A DNA stretch of 57,978 nt, filler included, from Porpidia crustulata (GCA_964255105.1; 3 parts of 3 records of this genome joined end to end with filler, not necessarily neighbours in it); one strand, 5' to 3'. Counted from the first letter of the whole stretch, positions 12,105-23,655 are shown. The notes: generated from the sequence alone by a model not told the origin. A program made the numbers and translations.

Positions 12105-13706
12105 TCAAGCCCAAAACTCGTAACTTTTCGAATCCATCACCTTGACTCCCTCAATTTCCTGCTTCACACTGAGCAATCTGACCTTACCGATCTTGGCTCC
12201 TTCGGTTGCTTCCATGCCAACGGTGTACTGATCCAGAAGTTTATGTAGATTGTTGAATAGATTGTCCTTTTTCTCGTCTACCAACAAAGCAATGGCATCG
12301 TAACCGCCTGCACCAGGCACCATTCCTCCAATAACGCCAGGAATTCGACAGCAAGCGTCCAGCAAGTCCGTTTGCACTTTGGGTTCTATCGGCACGTCTG
12401 CTTTCATCGACATCTCCCGTATCAAAGATCGAATTGTTAATATTATAGTGCCTATGTTCTCATAATTGGTCGAAGCGTCTCTGTTCGTCACAGACTGCCG
12501 TTGAAGCTCTTCAACAAGGTCTTCGTTTCCTTTCTGTAGCGTCCTCCAAAGCAATGCTGCTTCTTCATGGTTCTTCTTCCTCCAAGAAAGTACCCCTTTA
12601 ACCATACTTACGGTTTCCGAACCGCAGTCGACATCACACATGACCAGGCGAAGACCTCGGGGAATTACGGCGGAAGAACATTGGATATTGGTATCCCATT
12701 GATTAGAGCTATCGTTGTTCTCGACTAACGCTCGTAAGCGAGTAGAAAAGCCTTCAGAGCCGGCATCGGTCAGTCCTTCTAGGATTGAGGGCGAGAAGCG
12801 TCTGTAGACACAAGAGCCATAGACAGCCGCCGCGATATCAAATCCTGATCCTATCTTTCCTTGTGCTGCACAATGAGCCGCCTGAGATAGATTATGTAGA
12901 TGCAATTTCCCTAAATCAGACTTCAAAAAGGCGCCCTCAGGGTCCAGATAGTGGGCAAACACGGCTGCTGTCAAGGCGGTCACAAGCGCTGCGGATGATC
13001 CCAGACCAGTCTTGTGAGCCTCATTCAAAGGCACATTAAAATCAATAAACTGTTGACCCGTCCATCGAGGAGATGAGACATAAGGGGGACCAGGTTGAGA
13101 GTAGTAGTCTGCGTCAGCTAATATAGTAATCGACGCTGACTTAATCTTAGAATGTGAAAGAGATGAGACATAAGTCAATGCATAGGCTAGCGCAGTTTCC
13201 ACGAATTTGTTTCGAGATTGCAGCAATGGAGAATGGCTGTCGACCAGAAGACGATATCAGCCAGGATACAAGAGAGTCTCATATAGCTACCAGGAACTTC
13301 TTTCATTGATCCTGCCGGGAAATGAACTGTAAGAAAATGAACCGAACACATTGACAGCCAAATGGATAGGGAAGCCTTGGAGTCAGTTGACTGACATCGG
13401 CTAGTACCAACATTCAAAAGTTGAACGTGCGACTGACCCTTTGAGCTGTGTTACTTCGATACCACCGTCTCCTTCAGTTTCTCGGTATCCATATCTCCAT
13501 TCTGCATCTGTGAATTGAGGCGATCTGACGATAATCTCGGACAAACTTAAGCCAGGACCGGTTGATAAGGTCTGCATACAGACGTGTATACGTGCATCAA
13601 GTCCGAAGACCAAGCCTGTATAGCCTCGGTCCAAGACCAGGTATCCTCCAGCTAGCAAGACTTTGCCCGGAGCAGAGACGGCCACGCCTTCACTACCAAT
13701 CATCAT
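12105..13706 (-). CDS. ERG8: Phosphomevalonate kinase
   Basis: SAPGKVLLAGGYLVLD, GHMP motif HKTGLGSSAAL, QGKIGSGFDIAAAVYG, VPGAGGYDAI; one 201-nt intron 13437-13237 gives in-frame KG|HSPLLQSRNKFVETAL. Confidence 0.95.
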
Positions 13707-14570
13707 GTAATATAGTATATTGTGACTTCACACTTCGCGGAAGGCTATACAGACAAATACCTTGACTATGGCTTCAAACTTGCGCTCTACGCTAGTATTT
13801 CAGACACGCGACAATATCATTTGAGGTATGTAGTGAGATGAATTGGTAATGAGGATGAGGATGAGAAGAATGATAGGGCTGGGTCTCGGATTAATCCGGA
13901 GCCGAAACCTTTTTTTGGCCCGGAGACTTTCTTACTCTTAGCCTCCCTTCCTTGCTGACACGCTAAAAAGTCGGAATCGATGAGTGACTCTTCGGACGGG
14001 AAGAAAAAGATACGGACTTTCCACTACGCCAACAACGAAACACAGCCTCGTTTCTTTTCGTTCTCCAACCGACTCTCATTATACGTTGCTCGAACACGGC
14101 GCAGATGACCTCTCTTTAGCTCACCGCCTCATTCTCCTTGGAATATCCCGTCTCATTAATGATTTGAGCTGCCTCGTCATACATCTAGTTGTTTTCCGCA
14201 TCCTATCCAGGCTACCACTTCTGTACCTGAGGTTCAGCATCATGCTTAATTGCACATAACACCATATTCAGCAATGTGGTTTTAGTTACTGGAACTTTCT
14301 CGGCCGTCTTTAAGTCGTGTTTATCTTTCAAAAATCTTTGACTCCCGACCAAATAGGACCATTTGAGAAATTGGTTACAGCGTGCCTATTGACGGCAGAC
14401 TGGGTATCAAATGAACCTTCGAGAATTTAGTGAACTTGCTGTAAGTTATGGCTCCGTTGTGCCTCTACACTGGGCGGCAAGCTTGGCTACTTGTACAATT
14501 CTGATGATCAATGGCTGACTTTTCTGAGGTAGACTCGGATCTCCAACGTAAGGGGATACCTGTTCACTAA

Positions 14571-17500
14571 ATGGTTTTCAAACCCTTTACACACCTTGCG
14601 CGTCAAAGTTTCGTGAAAACTTTCACCCACGGTTATGCTCAATCCGTCGTCGCTGCTTCACAATCCTCATACGCCTCGTCGACTACTCCCTTCGGACCTT
14701 TCGGTAGCCAAGCCTCCATCAGACATGGTAAACATGGTTCTTCGCATTTACAGAGCACTTTTCAAACCTCCTCGAGCCCGTCAGCAGCCTCAATCAAAGT
14801 GAACCATGGGGATCAAAATGCTACTGGCAGTGGCGACGGAGGGTTAGCAGCGTACTACGAAGCTTGGCAGAATCAACAACAGCACAATGGCGAGAGTAAA
14901 GAATGGAAACAATTCCAATTTACGAAGAGGATAGGATGGAAGGCATCATCCGCAATACCCGATGGAAAGCCGAAAGAGAGAGAGGACTTTGGTCTGCGGG
15001 CAGAGACTCAGGTCGAGAGAGAAGGGCCAGAACGGGCTTACAGCACCAGCGCTGTTGACGATATAAGAAAGGTTGAAGACGAGGCCGCTGAAGCTGTTGC
15101 GGTCGCCAAGGTCGACGAGGCCATTGCAAAAGAGATCAACCAGCTTCAAATCGTTGAAGTTCTGGTTCCCGACGCCACCATCTCCGGAGGCGCTCGGATT
15201 GAGGCATCCAGAGACTTCATTGATATTGACACAATTGAACATAACCCGAATGATGCGAACAATTGGACCTCACCCGTATCAGCGCTTTCCAGCATAGTCT
15301 TTGACGCATCGACTCCTCCCGCGTCTCGCGACATTACTGCAGCCTCTTCGTCCCAAGGCATAGATTCAAACGCTTTCTACGAGCATATTGAGAAGCTCAA
15401 TGCTGCGCAGAGATACCCGGAGATTCCTCCGGTTTTCGAGTCAATGCTTGCCAAAGGAATTCTACCAACGATCGAAACTTACAATGCATTACTTGCCGCG
15501 GCGATCCATCTGCCCGTTTCCAAGCACCATGTCGTCCCTAAAGCCCTCGGGATCTATTCCGATATGCTTCGGCGCAGAGTAACTCCGGACTCTGTATTTT
15601 ATACTACGCTTATCCAACTTCTCGCTTGTCGAGCCATAGAGACAATCCAAATGAGGGATATGCTGGAGAAAAAGCGATTACGATTTGGAGGATCAAATAA
15701 GGAGAAATTCTTATTCAGGTCGGACGGAGCTGAACTTTCCATCGTTACGGAAGACGATGCGCTTAGCACTGCGGTAAAGCTCTTCGATAGATCACTTTCG
15801 ACGGAAAGAGCCACTCTTTATTCTGCAGAGACTTATCGACTCCTTATAACTGCTTGTGCTTTGCATAGGCGAGTGGACGACATGATTCGGATCTACTCTT
15901 ACTTGGAAGCTCATAAGGTGACCCCTGTTGCTACGATATTTCCCCCCATGATCGATGCCTTCGCATTGAGCGGAAACCTTGTCGGCGCTGTTGAATGCTA
16001 CAATGGATATAGGTCTCTAGCAGTCATCGACAACGCCGGTATCAATGACAATGCTGGCAAATTAGTCATTATTGAGCGCAAGGACAATGAGGTCTATGCC
16101 GCTGTTCTCAAAGCTTATACCATCTGCGGCAAAGTAGAGCACGGAAAGAGATTCCTTGATCGAATCATTGAGTCGTATGTTGGAGTGACAGGAAATCGAA
16201 AGGAGCGAATGGCAGCCATGTACGACACAGTGACGATCGAGGCCCTCATACAGGCGCGCTTGGACGTCGGTGACGTACAAAATGCCTTCACGATTGCAAA
16301 TAAGGGGGCCCTGACGCCATCCACTCGAAGTGAAGCAATGTTTCGTGTTTGTGTTGCTGCAGCCGATGACGGTGACGCTGCCCTTGCTACGACAGCGTAT
16401 GAACATATTCCCACAAATGCTAGTGGGCTATCGATGGCGGAAATCTCGATGCTTGCACTTCATATCCGGCAAGGAAATGTCGACTTAGCCCGGACCTTCT
16501 GGACCACTTTGACAGCATTCTCGGACATTGGTAAAGATATGATTGAACCGACAGCCATGTACGGGATGGCGTTGATTGGCAGCGGGCATGCTGACGAAGG
16601 ACTGATGGAGGTACGAACAGCGTTCTCTCGGGTCCGTGCGTCAACGGATGCAGCCTCTTCTCCGTCAGAGATTGCGGAAAAGATTGATGAAGGTATAGAG
16701 ACTCTTGGGGCTTTCCTCGCGAGTCGCAATATCGTTCCGTCGCCCAATGCTAGTATGAGCTTCCTATGGGCAATGATCGAGAACCGTGGTCTCGTCTCAC
16801 CTGTTGCTGAGCAAATGTTGGCAGGACTAAGTCAAGAAGCAATCTCTGGTCTCAGCTGGCGCGATTTGACTCTGGCCTTGAAGGTCGAGTCTGAGATACT
16901 TGGCAGTGGTGACATAGTCCATGATCTTGCCCATTCGGCAAGATTTGCAATCCTGCTGGAGACTACTGCTGACAACGGCATTCCAATCGACAAGCCCACT
17001 TCAGAGCTCGTTGAGCGGGCCTTGACGATGGCATCCCATAAGTATCCGGATCTGCTCGAGAAATGGCTGAGTTACCGACACATGGTAGGCAAATCAGCGT
17101 ACACCGCTCAAGCATTCACCCCAACGTCCAGCGTTGCGCTAGGTATGCCAAACACCCACGCTGATACATTCGACCCATACGCGGCCAACACGGATTACAG
17201 AGGGTCAGCTATCATTCTTGAAGAACTAGAGCGTGCAAGGAGCGGAACTAGTCTCAACGAGGCCCTTGTGAGATTCAGAAATATGCGGCGTGCTGGCCGA
17301 CACCCACGCTATATTGTGTATGCCAAACTCATTACCGCTGCGGCAAAGGAAGGACGCACAAGCCTTGTTCATGATCTTCATGGAATAGCGCAGCAAGAAG
17401 TTCCTTACTGCGCGCAACACGCGATTGTTAGACATGGGTGGTCTTCGATATTGGATGCGATGCTTGGTGCTTGCCTTACTATCGGGAACCGGACATTAGC

Positions 17501-18596
17501 TGCACGCTTCCATCAAGAGCTTCTTAATATGGGATCTGCTCCCACAGCGAACACTTTTGGATTATATATTACCACCTTGAAGGACTCGACAAGAACCTTT
17601 GATGAAGCAACTGAGGCGGTCAAAATCTTTCAGCGCGCCAAATCCGAAGGAGTCGAACCGTCGTCCTTCCTCTACAACGCCCTCATTGGAAAACTTGGCA
17701 AAGCTCGACGTATTGACGACTGTTTGTTTTACTTTTCTGAAATGAACACCCTTGGCATCCGGCCCACAAGTGTCACGTACGGAACAATCGTCAATGCGCT
17801 TTGTAGAGTCAGTGACGACCGGTACGCGGAACAACTTTTCGATGAAATGGAGTCCATGCCTAATTACAGGCCTCGCCCAGCGCCCTACAATAGCCTGATG
17901 CAGTTCTTCTTGACTACAAAACGCGACAGCACAAAAGTACTTGCTTACTACGAACGCATGATATCCAGAAGCATTCAGCCTACAATGCATACATATAAGC
18001 TACTAATAGACACGTATGCTACGCTTGAACCCGTCAATTTAGCAGCGGCCGAGGGCGTTTTGGATACCATTCGTGCGTCCGGTCAACGTCCAGAAGCCGT
18101 CCACTATGCCTCGCTTATCCATGCTAAAGGCTGTGCCCTGCATGACATGGTTGGTGCTCGTCGAGTGTTTGATAAGGTGATAGCACTACCGGACATTCGC
18201 CCTCAGGCATGCTTATATCAGGCCCTGTTTGAATCTATGGTTGCCAACCACTCTGTAGCTGACACAGAGGCACTCCTAGATCACATGTCTGAAAGGCGGG
18301 TAGAGATGACCCCTTATATTGCAAACACCTTGATCCATGGGTGGACTACGGAGAAGAACATCAAGAAAGCAACCACAGTGTACGAGAGTGTGGGCCGAGA
18401 CAAAAGAGAGCCTAGCACTTATGAGGCGATGACAAGAGCTTTTCTTACTGTTGAAGGTCGGGAGAGCGCCATGGGAGTTGTGCACGAAATGATGTCGAGA
18501 GGCTACCCGTCTGCAGTCTCCAGTAAGATTCTTGAATTGCTTGGTCCTGGTATGAGCCGTATTGTTAGCGCAGGACTCGCTGGCCAGTTGGCGTGA
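14571..18596 (+). CDS. Large pentatricopeptide-repeat (PPR) protein, probably mitochondrial RNA-binding
   Basis: 1341-aa single ORF; presequence-like N-terminus; many 35-aa PPR repeats (PSSFLYNALIGKLGKARRIDDC, PTSVTYGTIVNALCRV, PTMHTYKLLIDTY). Confidence 0.9.
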   Translation: MVFKPFTHLARQSFVKTFTHGYAQSVVAASQSSYASSTTPFGPFGSQASIRHGKHGSSHLQSTFQTSSSPSAASIKVNHGDQNATGSGDGGLAAYYEAWQNQQQHNGESKEWKQFQFTKRIGWKASSAIPDGKPKEREDFGLRAETQVEREGPERAYSTSAVDDIRKVEDEAAEAVAVAKVDEAIAKEINQLQIVEVLVPDATISGGARIEASRDFIDIDTIEHNPNDANNWTSPVSALSSIVFDASTPPASRDITAASSSQGIDSNAFYEHIEKLNAAQRYPEIPPVFESMLAKGILPTIETYNALLAAAIHLPVSKHHVVPKALGIYSDMLRRRVTPDSVFYTTLIQLLACRAIETIQMRDMLEKKRLRFGGSNKEKFLFRSDGAELSIVTEDDALSTAVKLFDRSLSTERATLYSAETYRLLITACALHRRVDDMIRIYSYLEAHKVTPVATIFPPMIDAFALSGNLVGAVECYNGYRSLAVIDNAGINDNAGKLVIIERKDNEVYAAVLKAYTICGKVEHGKRFLDRIIESYVGVTGNRKERMAAMYDTVTIEALIQARLDVGDVQNAFTIANKGALTPSTRSEAMFRVCVAAADDGDAALATTAYEHIPTNASGLSMAEISMLALHIRQGNVDLARTFWTTLTAFSDIGKDMIEPTAMYGMALIGSGHADEGLMEVRTAFSRVRASTDAASSPSEIAEKIDEGIETLGAFLASRNIVPSPNASMSFLWAMIENRGLVSPVAEQMLAGLSQEAISGLSWRDLTLALKVESEILGSGDIVHDLAHSARFAILLETTADNGIPIDKPTSELVERALTMASHKYPDLLEKWLSYRHMVGKSAYTAQAFTPTSSVALGMPNTHADTFDPYAANTDYRGSAIILEELERARSGTSLNEALVRFRNMRRAGRHPRYIVYAKLITAAAKEGRTSLVHDLHGIAQQEVPYCAQHAIVRHGWSSILDAMLGACLTIGNRTLAARFHQELLNMGSAPTANTFGLYITTLKDSTRTFDEATEAVKIFQRAKSEGVEPSSFLYNALIGKLGKARRIDDCLFYFSEMNTLGIRPTSVTYGTIVNALCRVSDDRYAEQLFDEMESMPNYRPRPAPYNSLMQFFLTTKRDSTKVLAYYERMISRSIQPTMHTYKLLIDTYATLEPVNLAAAEGVLDTIRASGQRPEAVHYASLIHAKGCALHDMVGARRVFDKVIALPDIRPQACLYQALFESMVANHSVADTEALLDHMSERRVEMTPYIANTLIHGWTTEKNIKKATTVYESVGRDKREPSTYEAMTRAFLTVEGRESAMGVVHEMMSRGYPSAVSSKILELLGPGMSRIVSAGLAGQLA

Positions 18597-19291
18597 AGAA
18601 CGTTTGGCCGGCACTATCTACCCATTTTTTTTGCACAAAAGGATTTACAATGGCCCTTATTTTCATCGAATATAATACCCCGGCGCAAATTTTGGTGAGA
18701 AGTACACCCGGCGGTTCTGCCCGAGGCTCGAGGATTTCCCCGGCCTGGCGTTTGGGTCATCGTGCTCCTGTATCGACACGGTTGAGCTGGCGTCTGAAGG
18801 TTGGTGTTGAGAGCTTGCTGTTACGGATGGGATATGAAGCAGTTCGTCGACTAGACATGTATGATATGGATAGAATCTCAACTCCTTTTAGAATTAGGAT
18901 AGAAGATGCGGAGCATTTCGCCAGCTGGCTCTACAGCGCCAGCCAGTGTGTTCAATCATTGCGAATACTCGAAAAAAATCTGCTCAGGTTTGCTTATTGA
19001 AGATAAGATCATATTATTGAATCAAAATAGATAGGTACGTGTGTACCTTAGGNNNNNNNNNNGGTCCCATGGGAGTTGAGTCACGTGGAGTTTAGGGCTT
19101 GACAATCGATGATCCCTACAAGATGCGGTATGAATTTTCCATCTGTAGACATAACCCTTCGCTCAATCGCCAGCACAACTCATGCGCCACTCGTTTCTGC
19201 GAAGTATTCAACAAATCCGCATGGCCACCGTCACCCCGTCTTCCAAATTGATTTGTATGCCCGGCTCCCCAGCTTTGACTTTCCCCAATCA

Positions 19292-19391
19292 NNNNNNNNN
19301 NNNNNNNNNNNNNNNNNNNNNNNNNNNNNNNNNNNTTAATTAATTAANNNNNNNNNNNNNNNNNNNNNNNNNNNNNNNNNNNNNNNNNNNN
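19292..19391. other. Assembly gap/linker (N44-TTAATTAATTAA-N44)
   Basis: Six-frame-stop spacer between N runs; an identical construct occurs at 38663-38762; a separate 10-N gap lies at 19053-19062. Confidence 0.97.
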
Positions 19392-19822
19392 AATTCACAC
19401 CATTGAATAAAGACATATCAATCAGAACTCCGTCGTTAATGTTAGCTGCGAGCGGAGAAGGCGTATGGCCGCCAGAACGAATTGCAAAGTGAACTTGTTG
19501 GCTGACTAGAATCGTAACTAATTTCTGAAGCTCCAGTGCATCGACCGGCTGTGCAATACATGATGGATATGCCCATGCCGTTTCAGACCTAGAGATTTTA
19601 GTTATCGATACCAGGGGATAGCGTACTAGAAGATGATATGTACCAATTTTCAACACACAGCGAAGCATATCGACTCTGCGAGGGCAGAATGGTAACGTTG
19701 CCAACTGCTCCCTGAAGCTCCCGGCAGGCCGCCGCACTCTCAATGCTCGAAGAAGCGAAAACGTCTCTCGCGGAGAGGACCAAAAGCCAGAAGCAAGTCC
19801 ACGGTAAGCTGAGACGAGACAT
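19392..19822 (-). CDS. Secreted FAD-linked oxidoreductase (berberine-bridge-enzyme-like), 5' part only, cut by gap
   Basis: Signal peptide MSRLSLPWTCFWLLVLSA; intron 19643-19589 gives ENW|SETAWAYPSCIAQP; FAD motif FAIRSGGH with the covalent-linkage His, then GVLIDMS; frame runs into the N gap. Confidence 0.88.
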
Positions 19823-20923
19823 ATCGCTTCATCTGTAAGAAAGCCATGCTATGCTCTCGCAGCATTGATATATGTAGACACTATCTCCTGAATCCACGCC
19901 TCATCCTCGCGCACGGTCAAATGGCCCGAGACTTCAAGTCTCATCTTCTGCTAGACACTAACAGTAGAGCTCGCTGTCGTTGAGCGGTGATCATGCTGAA
20001 TCAGGTAATGTAGGCAAGCGGGCTTAGGTTGAGAGTTAACGGTGCAGTGCTCCCGATTGGTTGAATGTGACAGAATACAACAGGATCAGACACAGGTAGT
20101 GTGACCGTGCGAGATATTACACAAGGGTACGTCCGAGCCCGTCAGCTAAGTCCAATCTTAGCAAAGGCAATGCCGGGGTATATCATCCTAGTAAAGGATT
20201 CAATACGGTCAGTCGGAGATATTGCACTCATTCGTCTGATGCAGTAAAGAGGCGTGTACTTTCATAGAACATTTTGATAGAATTAGACGGCGCCACTACC
20301 GTATTTACGATACCTTATGGCATATGTATGTATTTCTTTCAGGCAAACGCCGTAACGAGGTGCATACTTAGCGAATACGGTTTGTGCTCTACACTGGCGC
20401 ACCCTCAGGCCGATCACCGCCTCCTTGATTGAGTGATGAGCCTACGTGCTACGCATGGCAGCTCAGGTGCTAGGGGCTATTTAATGCCCCTCGTTTGTGA
20501 GGATGTCTTAGTCTAGGTGTCTAGGAATCTTGCCTTTGAAAAGATTGATTCCAGGAATTCATGTGGTAGGGACTCCAGCCCTACAGCCGGGTAGGCTAGG
20601 TGCGCTTGATGAGGCTGAGGGTTCGGAGAATTCTAAACCTTCCCCTATACCCGTACCCCCACCATCTCCTCGGCACCCGGGTCAATCCCGAAGCATTACC
20701 CTACTCTTACCCGCAGCTGGGGTAGAGTGGGGTTCAAGGGCTTCACCCTACTCAACGGTCACACTGCAGACGTATCTTACCACTAGTTGTTGAGTACTGT
20801 AAGGTATCTTGTATCTGCTTTATTGAAGTAAACCCAGTCCTAACAGGCCTTCATGGCTCAATCCCATGACTAGCCATGTCGGTGACTGATTATTACCGAA
20901 TACTCACGTGGAATATGGGGCAC

Positions 20924-21940
20924 TCATGTCATGCGCACTTCGCATCCCGCTAGCCCTGTAACATCCTCCTTAGTTTCGACAGTTTTCATGTAGTGTCCAA
21001 GTAATCCGATTGCCATGGCTCCCCCAGCGCTCCAGAAGCCGTTTTTGAACCACGACTTGCAGCTCTCAGGTTGTCTGAGCTGGACTTTCTGGATCATCAG
21101 GCCCAAACTCGTCACTGTCCCGGCGACCGACGTAACGAAGTATACTAGACCCATGTCACTCAGCATACCGCCCACTGTCAGGAGACATGATAGTGTAGCT
21201 AGAAAAATCCATAACAGCCTCTTCGCAGATTGATGATATAGTACTGCCATACTTTTGATTCCGGCTTTGATGTCGTCATCGAGGTCTTGGTGTGCATAAA
21301 TAAAGTCGTATATAACCGTCCACATGGTGCTCGCGAGGAACAGACAGCCAATAGATGCCGTAATCTTGGTAGGCTGCAAGGGATTTACACCCATAGCCAC
21401 TTCCCCCATGACAATACCCCAGGCCAGTATTAAGCCAAGCATGACTTGCGGATAGTACGTGACCCGCTTTGCGAATGGATACATGCCCGCACCGATAACC
21501 GCAGGAAGTGCAAACATGGCACAGGCTGGAGGAATCGAGAGCAAGCAAGCTGCGGCTGCAAGAGATTGGGTGGCTGCGAATATCATTGCAGCAGGCTTGC
21601 TCACTGCGCCGCGAGGAATTGGCCTGGAGGCTGTGCGAGCAACAAGCCGGTCTAGGGAGGCGTCTATCAAGTCATTCCATATATGTGCGGCGTTGGAGTA
21701 GAAAAAGGATCCAAGGAAGAGCAAGAGATTCGTGTTGAGGACTTGCGAACATTCCGAGCCACGCAGGCTGGCGGCGTGGAGCGTACCGAAGAGGTGAGGA
21801 AAGTAGACCAGAAATACAGGAGCAGGGGAGACGAGTCGAGCGAGTTCGATATAGGGGACTAACGAAAAAGGTAGGTAGGATATCCAATTCCTTGAATGAG
21901 TCTTGGATACATTCTCAACTGTCCGCTCCTTTGAAGCCAT
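20924..21940 (-). CDS. UbiA-family membrane aromatic prenyltransferase (secondary-metabolism type)
   Basis: 338-aa intronless multi-TM ORF; Asp-rich motifs WNDLIDASLDRLVARTASRPIPRG and IYDFIYAHQDLDDDIKAGIKS; YPFAKRVTYYPQ; no long mitochondrial presequence. Confidence 0.92.
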   Translation of the reverse strand: MASKERTVENVSKTHSRNWISYLPFSLVPYIELARLVSPAPVFLVYFPHLFGTLHAASLRGSECSQVLNTNLLLFLGSFFYSNAAHIWNDLIDASLDRLVARTASRPIPRGAVSKPAAMIFAATQSLAAAACLLSIPPACAMFALPAVIGAGMYPFAKRVTYYPQVMLGLILAWGIVMGEVAMGVNPLQPTKITASIGCLFLASTMWTVIYDFIYAHQDLDDDIKAGIKSMAVLYHQSAKRLLWIFLATLSCLLTVGGMLSDMGLVYFVTSVAGTVTSLGLMIQKVQLRQPESCKSWFKNGFWSAGGAMAIGLLGHYMKTVETKEDVTGLAGCEVRMT

Positions 21941-22592
21941 CTTGAATTGACGATGCTACTGCGAAAAGGTCAATGCAACGGGGGAGGAAACCCTTCCACA
22001 GAGGACCAGTTGGCAGCTTGGCTAGAAAGAGTTTCGTATTCGTCCACTGAGTTGAGATAGATAAATGTGGGTCTTGACTCTCGTTCGGATCGACCACACC
22101 ACCTTCTTGAGTAGACGGCGTATGAGCGGACCACCATTCTACTTAAAGCAGCCATGCATGCGACACTTGACCAGGGTCGCCCGAAGTCCTATAGCGTATG
22201 GATGTCTGCAGCAATCATAAGCATTATGCCGGAATACTTTCGAACACCAGTTAGGTTGAACTACCATACAAAGCACCACCTGAGGCCGGTCCCTTGGGGT
22301 CCAGCGTCGACAGTTTCAGACAGTTCCTTTTAGGCAGCAGTTTAGGTTTTTATCTAGACAGCACACTCCTAATTGGCAGATGCTTGGAATTTCCGTTTTG
22401 TCGGGTGTTGACAGGCTTCCAAACTAGATAACAGAAACTTTCAAAAAAGACCCCTGGTGAAAACAAGTTCTTACCAGGTAAGTAATGTTACGATAAAGTA
22501 AGTAACATACATTACTTACTTTGTGAATACTTCTTCCTTGACATGATTTCTTCAAGGCTTCCAAACCCCACCGTCATATCTCTAGTTAAGCC

Positions 22593-23655
22593 ATGTCGGG
22601 CACGATCATCATAACTGGAGCTAATGGATCGCTTGCTATCCCGGCCATCAAATACCTTTTGGCCAATTATCCTGGTTACGACGCCGTACTGACAGTTCGC
22701 AACGCATCAGATGCTGACGTCCATACCGAGAAGCTACGCAAGATACTGGCGCAATTTCCTGACGCCAAAGCCTCGATCCATGAACTTGACCTTGCTAATC
22801 TCTCCAATGTGCACACTTTCGCGAGCAAAATTATCTCAGAAGTCGCTGAGGGCAAGATCCCACCTCTCACTAGTATCATCTGTAACGCCTACTACTGGAA
22901 CCTTGTTGACGCTGCAAAGCTTACTGGAGATGGTTACGAGAGGACTTTCCAGGTCATTCATATTTCCCATGCGGCACTAGTCCTTCGACTCCTTGGCAGC
23001 TTCGGCTCGCATGGCGGCCGGGTGGTGCTGTTCTCAAGTGATGCGCACATCTCCGGCAAAAACGGCCTTGAGAAGTATCCGCCCAAAATCCCTAGTGATT
23101 TGGACCTGCTGGTGCATCCAGCTGTGGATGTACCGTCCGACAATTTTGGGCGTGGCTTTCAGAGATATGCTGTTTCGAAGCTGGCGGTGGTTATGTGGAT
23201 GTATGCTTTGAATCGGTATTTGCAAAAGGTATCGATTCATTACCTACACTCCATGGGCGTTCGCCAGTCGCCTAGCTAATTAGTAAAAGGATCCCAAAAT
23301 GGGGAACATCACAGCCGTTGCTATTAACCCAGGCAACCTTAGCGACTCGCGAGCGCTGCGTATCAACACTCCTCGGATGCTCATCTATTTGTCGTGGCTA
23401 GTCATCAAACCCCTTCGTTTCATTCTTCGCTTTATGGATCCTACAATGCGTACCGTGGCTGAAGCCGGCGCGGATGTTATTAACCTCGCAACGAACAACG
23501 CTCATCCGAAAGATCGCGGCTACTTTACCCTTCTTAACAAGGACGCCAGCTCTCCAGATAGTATGGAAGAGGAGACACAGCAGAAGCTGTGGGGGAAGAG
23601 TATCGAGTGGGCTGGTATCAATCGCGAGAACACTGCGCTCACAAGTGCTCTTTGA
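22593..23655 (+). CDS. Short-chain dehydrogenase/reductase
   Basis: IIITGANGSLA Rossmann variant, SIICNA, YAVSK (YxxxK), AINPG; intron about 23229-23289 joins LQK|DPKMG. Confidence 0.9.

Noticed and set aside
12105..13706. ERG8 as a precursor-supply member of the prenyltransferase cluster
   Set aside because: It looks like the ordinary housekeeping copy and is separated from the island by the PPR gene and two gaps.
14920..18614. Many antisense and alternate-frame ORFs inside the PPR gene (similarly inside other long CDSs)
   Set aside because: Shadow ORFs expected from the codon bias of real genes.
19336..19347. TTAATTAATTAA palindrome, repeated at 38707-38718
   Set aside because: Artificial six-frame-stop contig linker centred in N44 runs; not biological.
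20098..20765. 11-bp inverted match agtgtgaccgt / acggtcacact as possible TIRs
   Set aside because: The match does not extend and no target-site duplication is visible.
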